Below are positions 14,101 through 26,101 of a stretch of 64,000 bases of DNA, in pieces. Both the position numbers and the translations under genes were made by a program. Positions within the stretch are counted from its first letter, which is position 1, and every line of letters starts with the position of its first letter. The stretch lies in NCBI GenBank assembly GCA_051362555.1, contig CM120640.1, positions 26,646,225 to 26,710,224 of the forward strand, given 5' to 3'. This stretch comes from Lingula anatina (Eukaryota > Animalia > Brachiopoda). Under the pieces are notes generated by a model. That model made no database searches. It was not told where the DNA came from and worked only from the letters and a program-made list of their open reading frames with translations.

Positions 14101-16658
14101 GAATTTATACTGGATTTTGTCCACTTGTTTTACTTAAATTAAGGGTGGGTGGCCCCTCTATTTGTTTATAAACTTTTTAAAACATTGACGCTAGAGTAAG
14201 AGGGTACCAATGTTCATATTTTCATTACGTGCTTTGTAAGTATTCTGCTTCATGCTCCTTAGTACTAGATGATTTTGTTTTGAGATCGTGTTGAAAAGTG
14301 CATAAGCATGGCAGACTTTATTAAGTGCAAACTTAATGCTAAATGAACAATGCATTTAAAAACAAAATACAATTAACCCAAGTTTTCACAGCATTCTGGC
14401 AGCATTTCTAGCAGGAAACCAGAACATTGAGACCATCTACAAGAACACCATAGCACATGTTCGGCTCATAGAAATTAATGATAAATGCAATAAAAAGTGT
14501 GGCATATTATATATGACAAATGTGCTTGTTGTAGGAAAAAATAAAGACTGTTGCAAGTTTTTGATGTCTGACGAACGGTGGCCTGTATTTGATAAGTGTT
14601 TGTGACAAATGCTGGCAGTAGGCTGTGGATAAGAGTTAAACTCCCTTCCTCTCTTTCATGAGCTCCAGATTTTGAAGCACAATTCACAGTTGGAATCGTA
14701 TGTTTTGGTGGTTATGGAGGTCAGCAGGTATGAGAAAAAACGTCTGGCTTGATGCACCTCCTAAGAGCAATGGGTTTTATGTTTTTCGACTTCACAAACT
14801 ACTCGTCTGTTACGGGCTTCAAGTTTCCAAGAGACATTAAAGTCGAAGCAAATGGTAACGTTTCATTTTCGAAACGCTTTCTGGTGTTTGCTGGGATATT
14901 TTACAGCTCTTTTTATATATGGATTGAAGTGCAATGTAGTTTTTTTTTTCTTGTGCAAAGTTGAAATCTTAGGGAAGAGCAGAGGGCAAAATAAGGCAAT
15001 GAAGTTACTTATTCATCAAATCACTTTTCAACTAAGAATAACAGGAGTTCGACCAATAACTTAAGATCACGTGACGCGTTGCACCAAGTTACATCTATTA
15101 TCCTGATTATCAGACGGCAGTTTCGGCTGAAACGCAATCCAAAGACCTATTCTCTGATTGTCGTCAAAATAAACCGCACAACAATTTAACAGACAAAACG
15201 ACCTGTGGTTTTTAACGAGGCGATGTATATTGATTCATGGGGAAAGTAAACAAGACCAATACTCCCACCCTTCTGAGGCTGTTATCAATCAGGATAGTTC
15301 CTTTTTTGGAAACGGGGTGGATTTATGAAGATGTTCTTTCTCTTAGTTCTTTTTTATCACGCCGCATGCAAAATTTCGTTTTGATGACTTAAATATGTGA
15401 TATCGTTTTTTTTTTTTTAATTACTTCAATCATTGAACTACCTGTTAGAAACGTTGCAAAAAGATGGAATGACACATGTGCAAACCATTTGATACCCTGG
15501 GTGTTAGGCCTGGAAACCAAACCTTAAATGATGTAAATGGTCATATCTTCCATATTTAGTTCACCAAGAAGTTCTCTTCACAGGTACATGTTCAGACTAT
15601 GACAGGTACTCATTTAGACATGAGTGGGAATTTCAAAACTTTCTTCTCCTTCGAAAAAGATGATAGTACGACCGTTTTTTTTTTTTTTTTATCAATTTTA
15701 TTTTTTAACCTTTGTCATTGTATAGTGTGTATTATTTGAATTCTGGTGAAAACGTGACTGCGTCGGTGGCCAACAGAGAACTCCAGCAGAGCTGTCATTG
15801 TATAAAAGTGATATCGGTAGGTACGAGTCCAGGCTTGATACGCACTGAAAGAACTCTTCAAACAATGAAAAAACGACCACTGCGGTATAAGCCTCGGGAG
15901 GATTCCTGGTGGTTTTTCTGAATATTAGCTTAACATAATGCTGACAATAGAAAAAAATGCTTCATCTGCCCCCTAACGAAACCAGACAATTAACAAACGA
16001 TAGCCGTATAATATTGTCGCCTGCCGATCTAACGACCGAAAACGGCTTTGGTGACTTCATATAACCACACCAATTTGCGCTTGTATTATTTTGGAAAATT
16101 TGCAAACCGCTATCTTAACATTACGTCATTATATGTAAATAAGAGGGATGTTCTTTTAATTGGCAGTTGACCGGGAAGATCACTGGCTCTTCTCCATCCC
16201 ATATATTATGATTTCCCGAGTCACTGAGTACCAGAACACGGCCATCGTAAGCAGGTGCGTTTCAAATCTTGCGTGAAATGGCAGATCGGAAATCGTAAGA
16301 GTTAGAGAAGAAAATAAGAGGGGGGAGTAAGGAAAGAAAAATTTTCTATGTGTCAAAAATAAAGTTAGAGGAATGACAAGAAATACTTTCAGAAGACTTG
16401 CGGAGATCAAAGATAAGCGTTCAGGTCATTAGCTAATAAGAAGATATCAACAACATTTGAACAAATATCTTTCTGCCACAAAACCCTCCCCCCAAAAAAG
16501 TGTACCAATCTGCTGATCTGGCATACTCTCATGCTTCTGTGTGGTTGTCACCGCCAAACCTTCGTAAATTTACCACCCCAACATCCTAATTGACACTTTG
16601 CCGACATTAGAGTGGTGAGACCCGCCTTCTAAAGCTTGTTCACGCGGTGGGGTAGTAG

Positions 16659-16665
16659 TATAAAT
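16659..16665 (+). promoter_or_regulatory. TATA box of the RGM-like gene
   Basis: TATAAAT ~125 nt upstream of the ATG at 16786. Confidence 0.5.
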
Positions 16666-16785
16666 TGAAGGAAAAACTGTCTGGCCGTCACTTCACCTTG
16701 TCTCGGCCGTGCTAAGAGCCGATTTGGATTTACTTTGTTTTTTAAACCAAAGTTTGTATTCTTGGTAGCATTGCAAGGATAAAGC

Positions 16786-19700
16786 ATGAGGATCTCAATA
16801 TTCCTACTTTGTAAGTGGAACAGTTTCAACGCTTTCATTGCCATTTTGACTTCTCGTAATCAGATGGCACTGCATCAAAAAGATAGCTTACAAATGGAGA
16901 TCAATTGATTTTCAAAGCAAATGTCAAAATTCTAATATCAGTTCATTAAATAGAGTTATATGCATTTTTAAAATAACATATGGTTTTGCCTTTTGTATAC
17001 AAAAAAAATTAAGCTCATGCTAACTTATGTAATTATTTACAGTCGTGCTGTTGGCAGCTGTTACTGCTAAAAAGTCCCGTTCTAAACACCACAACACTGG
17101 AATGCAGAAACATGGGCCGACAGCGGAGGACGAAGATTTTGCAAAGGATCCAAAAGGAGAAGTTATGGAAAGGGGCGACGATGAAGATGATGATGATGAT
17201 GAAGATGTAAAAAGGTCAAAAGTTTCAGAGATCAGCTCCAGCAGAGAGGCCTTGAAAAGAGCAAGAGCAGAAAAACGTCGTCGGCGAAAGCAGCTCGGAA
17301 AGAATAGCCGTAGGAAAGGACGCAAGGATCGAAAGGGCAAAAGAAAGGGGAAAGGCAATCGCAACAGGAAGCTGATTATGGGGCTTAAAGGTTCCCCTTA
17401 TGCCAACCCTGCGCAGGTCCAGTGCGACCCCAATCCGTCAGTGTCCTTTGCCGAGTGTTTTATGGGGTACAAGACATGGAGCGGAGGTCGAGATGCCAGT
17501 AATGTCAGCCTCTGGCTACAGCAGGGTCTCAGGAATAACGACCAGCAGCTTTTTGAAGAGATGTGCACGTGAGTAATAGGGGTTTCCTTACGTAGATTAC
17601 TATCCGCAAAAAAAAAAAAAAAAAGGATAAAAATAATAATAAAATAAAATAAAAAAATAAACGCTTGACAAGTATTGTAAAAATGGTGCCATGAATATTT
17701 CTCTGATGGATTTTTGTTCAGATACTCATAGCATACGCAATTTTAGTACAATCGTTTTTGTTTGCCCTTTGCCATTCTCAAATTGCATCGTATTATTTGC
17801 CGCCATCCTATTGTTTGCCGTCTTCGTTCCAGAGGCATATATGCCATACCTTTCCTAATAAGGCTGTTCTTTAAATCTTGTGATATTTGGCATTCAAAGC
17901 ATGACAAAAAAATATTAGAACGGGACGGAAAATATTGGTCTCTGTATTGAATAGATAATATTTGAGAAAAAAAGTCTAGTCGACACTTGAAAGAGTCTTA
18001 CTCGTGTCAAAATAGAATTGAAATTTAAACGTCATATTCAGCTTGTGGTCAGTACCTTTAAAACGGGTGGCAATGGTTGCATGTTTTGATTCAGATAACA
18101 CAGTGTCCAACTGATAGAATGATTTCAGATTAAACTTGGTATGTAACTGTTAGACCTTCAGATCACATTCGACCTCGGTCAAAATTGCTGTTCACTTATT
18201 AATCATATGGTGGCAAATGGAAACCCTTATTATATTTTATAGTCATGAAAGATAACATCCCATTTTCCAAAACATGTCGCATATGTCCTTGACGATTAAA
18301 ACGGTTCCCAAATTGTTTAAATTTAGGTCAGCTCATATCTTACCTCTTCAGTTTGTGCTTAGACGCAGTTAAAACAGAGTATATGAGAAAGCATTTACTT
18401 TTTACCTAAAGATATGACGAATGAACGACTAGGTTGTAAAGAAATATTCCGAATAGAAAAATGTGCAACCTTTATGCAAAACTGGATAGAATAAGATAGC
18501 ATTTAGCCCGGTCGTTTACAACAACATGAACTAGAATGGTTCTTTATTTGCTTTAGTACCATCTCCACACTGGACGCTTGTATGGAAACAACGGTGTCAC
18601 TGTGTGGACTGAAGCCGCTGACAGAATTCTATCAAATGTGGCGGAGTTATGATCCTTTAGCAGTGCGCTTTGACAGGATGTGCAGTGACGCTGCTCTGAT
18701 ACCTCTGTACAAAGCTGGTACGTGTAAATATATAACATCACTTTCTGAAACAGTGATGTGAAAATGTACAGCATTAATCGTAAAACATGAGCATGTGTTT
18801 GTCTTTTTTTTTTCCAAACCATTTCTACAGTGATGATAACACATCAGTTTCAATATATACAACTGGACCTTAATGGCGCCGACAAAAATAGTTGCATACC
18901 TGATGCAATATTTGGTTTATTTGGTTTTTAAAATTTTATCATACCTTTTATCTACGCACTATTAATTTTGATTCTATGCTGGCCAGTTACTGGTTAATGG
19001 TTAACTGGTTAATTAATAGTCAAACATTTTAAAAGTATAATAAAGAATCAAATATTCTAAAGAAATGATGAATGTACCTCAAATATTCTTTCACTCTAAA
19101 TAATAACTTATATCTATGAAAAAATTATTACAATGTTTAGCTTATTCTTACGATATATTTCGCATATCTTTTAGTGTTGCCTTCGCACAATCTGAATGAG
19201 TGCAGCGCCGAAGGATCAGAATTTGATTCCACACTGATGAAGGTTACATTCCCTTTCTGGTCAAAGGTGTTCAAATTTGATTGGCAACGCGTCACGAAGG
19301 AAAGCAGCACGGAGCTTTGTGGGTAAGTAGGCAACGTTAGGCAATACACTTTTACTATAAGAATCGGTACATAACTAGTGCAGGTTGAATCATACTTTTT
19401 GTACTCTGAGTCGCTGTAGAGGATCATGCCTACACAGCGGCAAATTGTTGTAAGTTGATCCATGAATTGCGCCAGGTGTGATAGTTTCCAATGTGAGCCA
19501 CCAATGCCACACGTAGGCTATTTATCACATCACTCGTTGCCGCATGGACAAAATTGACGCAGTTTGAAAATTTTTATTTTATCTTACAGAATATATGAAC
19601 AAGCCGTGGAAGCGGTCAAGATGGTGTTTTCAGATATGACCAACAACTGCACTGACCTGACCAGCCAGACCTATCCTTGTGGTCTTGTCTTCAGTGTTCC

Positions 19701-21236
19701 CGGTAGAATAGAGTCCATTTGCCAAATGGAGAAATGCTTGAATTTATCCTCTCCAAAACCGGTAATAAGCCTTGCAATCATATTTTTCATTTAACTCCCA
19801 ATGACATTTTATGGGTTCATCATTTAACTCCCAATGACATTTTATAGGTTCATTATCTAAGAAGGGTTGAGACGCATACAGATTTTTTACGTGATAAAGA
19901 TAAGCCATATTTACAAACGTGCGATGGTTCATAAGTTTCTTTTACCACAGGGGCCAAGCAACCCAATGATCAAGAGGTTTACGGTCGGAGCTTTTGGCGT
20001 ATCTCATCTCAAAATGATGGGGATGGAAAGGTCTCAGTTCTGTCCACGGGCCGGGCGGGTGCAGTACATGACCAACCAGTTTTTCACCATAGAAGGTTAC
20101 AACATGGTGATTGATAAGAAAACGGGGGCTTCCGTAATCGTCAGCGTAAGTATTTTCTTTTTTAATCAAATTCTAAAAATATTTTTACAAGGAATGATGG
20201 GAAATCTAACAGACATTCACAATGCAAACATTTTACTACTTTTTGTGTGTTAGAATAATTAGAAGTATAAAACTTAGGCTGTTTCAGGCTAAATCAAAGA
20301 TTTATTTATATTTATTATCAACTCCAGTTAAACATGACGTTTTACGAAAACGGCAGCAACCCAGTGGCCACATACCTGGCGCGTGGACAACTGCCCGACA
20401 CCTTCCTAGACGGGAGTAGAGAAATCACAATAGGTAGGCCAGCGTTGTATGATTTCACAAGGGTAATACTAACTTGGTTTGATTCAGTTGGACGTAGAAT
20501 GTGGCTATTTTGATTTTAGAATTTATCTTTTTTTTTTGCTTTCACCGGATCGGTTTCTATTTGTTTCAAGATCGTTCATTACATATCCTATCCTTGATAT
20601 CAGTCATTCAGTTGCAATATGAAATGTATGTTTTGATATATTACCCAGGTCTTAGCAGACTGGTGATCGAGAGCAGTGGGCCCAAGCTACCTATGAAGCG
20701 CGTTATGATCCGTGACACAGTGACAGGGATGTACATCGCGTTCAGGGTGTACAAGGGAACGCTTTCGTTCTTAGTGCGAGCGCCGAAGTGGGTATTATTA
20801 TCCTCCAAGGGCTTGGTTCTTGAAGGCTGCGCCAACAATGAAAAGCCAACTCAAGGTTTGTATGCAATTCCATCTTTTTTCATCTTTTTCCATTTTTCTT
20901 TTTTTTTGAAACTACATCTTTGTTTCTTCTTGAGCATAATTTTCCCCGAATGGATTACTCTTGCAAAGCACCTATCATTTAATTTTAAATGCTCTTCTTT
21001 TCACTTTGCCAGGAAAGAAAAAAGTCCGCCGAGACGTTGAAGATCAGGTTTTAAAAAGTTGTGTAGATGTGTGTGGGAACAGATACGATATGTATACGTG
21101 TATGGACAGATGTTTTACGGAAAACTCGAAACCAGTTCGGATTCCGGAGAAGCACAACATGAACAGTGCTGCTTCGCCTTGGTACAAAACACCCGTTGAA
21201 ACAATCCTTGGTGTTTTCACAAAGTTGAGATCATAG
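16786..21236 (+). CDS. Secreted divergent RGM (repulsive guidance molecule/hemojuvelin)-like protein, 587 aa
   Basis: Nine exons with consistent phases: 16786-16810, 17043-17568, 18557-18717, 19175-19322, 19590-19761, 19951-20145, 20328-20433, 20649-20855, 21013-21236 (1764 nt). Signal peptide MRISIFLLFVLLAAVTA. CX8CX7C (CTTISTLDACMETTVSLC) matches the RGM N-domain spacing. The C-terminal half tracks the RGM vWD-like domain: GAFGVSHLKMM~GLFGDPHLRTF, QFCPRAGRVQYMTNQFFTIEGYN~[32 protein letters not shown]~LPAAFVDGS, LSFLVRAP~LTFAVRMP, LVLEGC~LCLRGC. Confidence 0.8.
19787..19853. repeat. Short tandem duplication (~33 bp x2), intronic
   Basis: tcatttaactcccaatgacatttt(t)at(g/a)ggttca occurs twice in tandem. 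Confidence 0.85.
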
Positions 21237-22265
21237 ACATGCTATTAACAACCAAAAGATAAACTCAAGTTCCATTCCAAATTCAGTTCGCTTTAAATTA
21301 TGTTTATACACGTAAAACCTTGTCTCCTAACGGGTACCATGAGGAGAAAACGTCATAAAATAATTACCACAAGGACTACATTTTTATAGAAGTGCGGTTT
21401 CTGAATGTATATTGTATAGTTGATGGATTTCAGTATGAATATGTAATTGGGTTTTTTAATATATAAGTTTTGATATAGACTTATATGTGCGCCTTTTTGT
21501 ATATTTGCCGGTGATATAGACATAATGCACTGACACACGTCAGTCTTTACTGAAATACAAGGGGTATATTTGGAACATAGATAGCTAATTCTGTGTACAG
21601 GTGGTCATCAAGAAATATGAAAACCGGAGAAAGATCAAATGCTGAATGACATTGCACAAGATTTCATGTTTCCGATAAATAAGTAACAAAAATTGAGACA
21701 TGAAAAGACTAAAGTGCAAATAGTTTAGAGCCATTGTCTGGCCCTAGGTGGAATATGCCTTGAAGTGATACAAATTCAACTACACTGTCAATAAATTATA
21801 TGCATGTCAAAAGTATCAACGCCCCATTTAAAAGACATTGTCTGATCATCATAAATAGCGTAATAAAAGTTTCTCAATAAAAAAAGTTTCATATCTTGTC
21901 TCACGCGGCATTGTCGTTTACATATAAAACCATGGTAACGCTTATAACATATATGCACTGGTACAAACTGAGTGTCAACATTATAACCCCGTGCCGTAAT
22001 TGTAGAAAATGGCAGGCTGAACGATTAGCTGATTATCAAAACGTTTAAAACAAGTTAGAGAGCAATTTCCATCTATTACGCAAATGTACTAACAACTCCA
22101 TTTAAAGGTCGAACAAGAAAAAGGAAAATAACAACATTCATTCTCTTTGTACTGAAAACAAAAGTCTCACTGGCACTTCATTTAGCTTGCCACGAGTGGG
22201 CACGTGCTTTCATTTAACGACTAGGTAGGGGGCTCGCACTCTACCTGTATTGTGAATTAAAGTGC

Positions 22266-22281
22266 CAGACGCCCCGGCGCC
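22266..22281 (-). promoter_or_regulatory. Candidate BMP-responsive element (Smad1/5-Smad4-Schnurri type, GRCGNC-N5-GTCTG)
   Basis: + strand CAGAC-gcccc-GGCGCC reads GGCGCC-ggggc-GTCTG on the - strand. This is an exact match with the required 5-bp spacer, inside a GC-rich island (~22165-22345) in otherwise AT-rich spacer DNA. Confidence 0.55.
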
Positions 22282-22983
22282 CAGGGACAGGTGATACTAG
22301 AGTCGGTGTCAGAGTGGGTAACATGTGCATCGGAACCAGTGACTAATATTCTGTTTAAGATTTGTTTAAGGTTAGAATCGCCAGTTTACTTGGGAAAATG
22401 TAATAGAAAGTTATTTTATATCATTAGTTGTTAGTTTTGTGTTTTTCTTTTTTCACAACAGAAAATGTTATTACGTCGCAAACAAAACATACCCAGAGTA
22501 GACAAAACTGTCTCGAGAAAAATTAATCCAGGTGCATTTTAAATATAATTCGAATTTAGCTATTCGGCTATTAGTAGATCTGAATATGAGTTACTTTTAA
22601 TTTGTTGCATCCCTCTTCCAGGTTTTTGTTCCTTTTGAGTCAGCGTAGATCAAAGTAGCAAAATTACTACCCTTGGGGACTGTCTCGAAACAAACCCAAC
22701 AGATTGTTAATATGTTGACATTTTCAGTTCATATTACAAATTTTATCAATTATGCGAATCCACATATTTAATACTTAGTCTATTGCATACAGTAGATTAA
22801 TATATAATGTCTAAGGATAGAGAATTTTTTCTGCACTCTTAGGCCTACACTTACTTTAACATATCAATCTCGTCAAAAATTATCGAAAACGAAATAATAC
22901 TGAAGCTGGAGAGGATAAACTCTCGCCTCAATCAAGCAGAACAGTTTTAAAAAACATTAAAATTTTCGTCTAACACGTTTCTT

Positions 22984-23022
<39 letters not shown>

Positions 23023-23051
23023 TGTTTTTTTTTTTTTTTTTTTTTTTTTTT
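22984..23051. repeat. (TTTA)n microsatellite followed by poly-T
   Basis: Seen directly. Confidence 0.9.
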
Positions 23052-23771
23052 GAAACATGAAACCACAGGGTGTTAAACTGCTTTTTCGGGGCTAATTAAG
23101 GATGCTTTGCCCTCTTGCAATTTTAATCAAGGAATAACGAGACACATATAGTATTATTATAGTATTACTAGACACATTAATGAATGAACCCACGGCACTT
23201 TAATAAACAACCAGATGACAAAGAAACCTGTTTTACTACAAAAGGTGATTTTATTGCACAATGATGATAGAAACATATTTACAAAACAAAACGATGGTTT
23301 GGTTCTTATTGCAGCACCGACCTAATTCAAACTTGGCATAAATTGTTCGTCATGACTTATATAACCGTTGGAACAAGTCAAATATCCAAACTGTAATTGT
23401 TGTCAATATAATCTTAGATAAAATTAAATTTCGCACAGACAATAAAAGACGTTATTTCAGCTTATTACGCTTTCAGCAACGTTTACACTTATAATAAATA
23501 AATCTGCAAATCTTGCGGTGCTTGTTATTTGACATTACTCCTAATATATATACACCTAATATACTAATATCAGTATGTGCACAGCACGCACTGAGTAAAA
23601 AAATTCAGATAAGTCTATAATATCTGAAAATCACTTTAAATCAACCGCAGTTCTCTTCCAAACACATGGGTAAACTTATAAAATAAATTAAGACTAGATT
23701 GCACTGTAGAAAATCAACACCAGTTCAACGTTAAATCGTCAGGTATGATTGCCTGTCAAAAAGTGAATCGT

Positions 23772-25137
23772 CTATTTGTAGAAGTAAGGTTTGAAGTCTA
23801 TTGGCAGTTCTGGTGTTTGGTGGTCTGGCAAAGAAGCATACTTGCAACTGGAGTTAGTCGAACTGAGGAACATATCTTGTGGCAGCGCCTGTGACAGAGC
23901 AGGGAACAACGTGTGAGGGTTCTGCGCGGTGTGAGGATAGTGATGCAGAGGTGGTGCCTGGTACCGCGTGGCTGGACTGGCGTATGGGTGATAGGAGCTG
24001 TAGGATGACATCACGGAAGTCATGGGAACGTACCCAAGGCTGTAGTGGTAATTCAACTTGGAATGTTGGCTCTGGTTCATCTTGAGTGAAGAAGTGTCGG
24101 GTGAGCTGCGTTTTGCGCGGCGTCTTGCCTGTCGTCTGCGGAAGTCACCCTTTGAGAAGTCTTCAATGCAAGCTGGATGGATAGACCAGTAATGTCCCTT
24201 TCCATTATCGGCGCGCCCGTTCTTGATAAAACACTCGTTCAGAGACAAGTTGTGGCGGACACTGTTTCTCCATGCTTTCTCCTTGTTGCTGTAGTAAGGA
24301 AAATTGTCCATGATGTGCTGGTAGATGTCGCTGAGAAGCATCTTTTTCTCGCGCGTGCTGAGAATTGCCATAGAAATAAGAGCAATGTAGGACAGCGAAG
24401 GCTTGCCACTCTTGTCTTCCGATGTCGCTGTCAATCTATCAGACGTTCTGAAATAATGAAATAATATCAAAAATTAATTCAAATATCCCTTGTGAATATT
24501 TTTTTTATTTCTGAACTTATCATTTCACACTACAAAAATGCTCGTAAATAGAAAGTTTAAATAAATTTTATAGACCTAAAACGATTCTAAATAAATTTCA
24601 GTTCAATGTCAACATAAAAAAGCGTTAATTGTGTGTACATGTCTTGGATTCGAGATAGAAAACGTAACGTGCAAAACAGGAGACACTGCATCTAACTTCT
24701 CGCTGACTTCTATCAGCTTTTGCTCTCATCAGATTAATAATTGAAAAAATGGTACATTTGTCATTAAAAAAACATATTTTATACAATTTTCTCACTCCTT
24801 ACCTTTCCAACGACCTCAGGGTCTGTGTCAAGTCTAAAGCCGTGTCGCTGCTGGTGGAAGCAACGGAGGGTGACGGGGAGGGAGCCGTGCCCTCGGAAAC
24901 ACTGCTCGTGGAGGCCGGTGACGGGAGGCCACTGCTGCCGGCCGATGAACTACTGTGGAGGTTTGGTATCGGGAACGCCGCGTCATCTTCAGGGTCCACA
25001 GCACGAGCCAGAGCTGTGAAGTTTAGGGAAGGAGTTGACAGGTATTCTGGTCGCTGGTAATCTCCGTATTGCATTGGCGCGCCAATGCCTGATGTCAAAC
25101 TTTCAATGCTGAATGGATGAAACAGAGCCATGCTCAT
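23772..25137 (-). CDS. FoxQ2: Forkhead box protein Q2 (two exons, 336 aa)
   Basis: Exon 1 25137-24803 (donor AG|GTAAG) and exon 2 24447-23772 join in frame. Forkhead domain KPSLSYIALISMAIL...WRNSVRHNLSLNECFIK...GKGHYWSIHPAC followed by the FoxQ2-typical DFSKGDFRRRQARRRA. N-terminal Eh1-like FSIESL; downstream YVPM motif. Confidence 0.92.
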
Positions 25138-25241
25138 TTTCTGAATTATTCTTGAGTTGTTGTCAAGCGCTGTCCTCTCAAACTATGTTAACTCCTAGTC
25201 GTAAATGAGTGGAATGTTGTCCTGTAGAAAACTCCGGCCAC

Positions 25242-25280
25242 TTTTATTGATGGCTGACCGCTGGGTTAAAACTGATTGGT
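25242..25280 (-). promoter_or_regulatory. FoxQ2 core promoter (TATA-like ATAAAAG and CCAAT box)
   Basis: On the - strand, ACCAATCA (~25273-25280) is followed by a TATA-like CAATAAAAG (~25241-25249), ~105 nt upstream of the ATG. Confidence 0.45.
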
Positions 25281-26101
25281 CGGTTACGTTTGACACCCGC
25301 TGAGCGAAGGTGATAACTACGACAGCCTTTCAATTGCTGGGAAATGTGTTTGATTCAAACATGCCAAATAAGATGCAACACTCATTGACATTTTTGCTCA
25401 AACAATAACCTGGGACGCAAACAACCTCAAGCTTGCAACTTAGATGTTTAAAAGTTGATGTTATCTCAGAGATAAGAATCAGGAACGAGGGGCGATCAGA
25501 TATATCCAAACCTTTTATTAAGACACCTTAATTGGTTCTCCGCCCTTGTACCTCGTTAAACACAATTGACGCAGGGATGAGCTTTCACCTGTGTTTGCCT
25601 GCCGCTGTTATCCGTTAATTTGACACAATAACGATTTAGATCAGGGACAATACACCTGGATGAGCGAGTTATGGATGCATGAAAATATTGTGCACAAGGG
25701 CCTGGTCAGGTACTTTTGGCCAAATTGTTGACCAATTGACCACGCCACTTGACACGTATTGGCAGGTGGGAAAAAATGAAAGGAAGATTGAGAAAAAAGT
25801 TTGGAAAATAAATACAGTTTGCAAAAAGAAAAGTCTATCGTACAGATGTCTGATATTTATTTGCACATTCTAAATTTTTAATCTCTGTATTATTTTCTAA
25901 TTGAACTAAATGCGTTGATCTACAAGGCATTAAAATCAATTTCATACGCTGTGGTTTTAGAAAATCATATCAAATTTAATCAGATACAGGCGAAATTCTG
26001 GAAACGAAATTTTACTGAATTTTGCTCTTGGTTTCTACATTATTACGTGCGTCTATTTCTTATTTGTTCGTCACCAAAAATGGTGAGCAAGGAGAGAAAC
26101 G

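Noticed and set aside
17020-17364. 114-aa minus-strand ORF
   Set aside because: Antisense shadow of the purine-rich exon 2 of the RGM-like gene.
23879-25060. Plus-strand ORFs overlapping FoxQ2
   Set aside because: Antisense shadows of a GC-rich coding region with no recognisable motifs.
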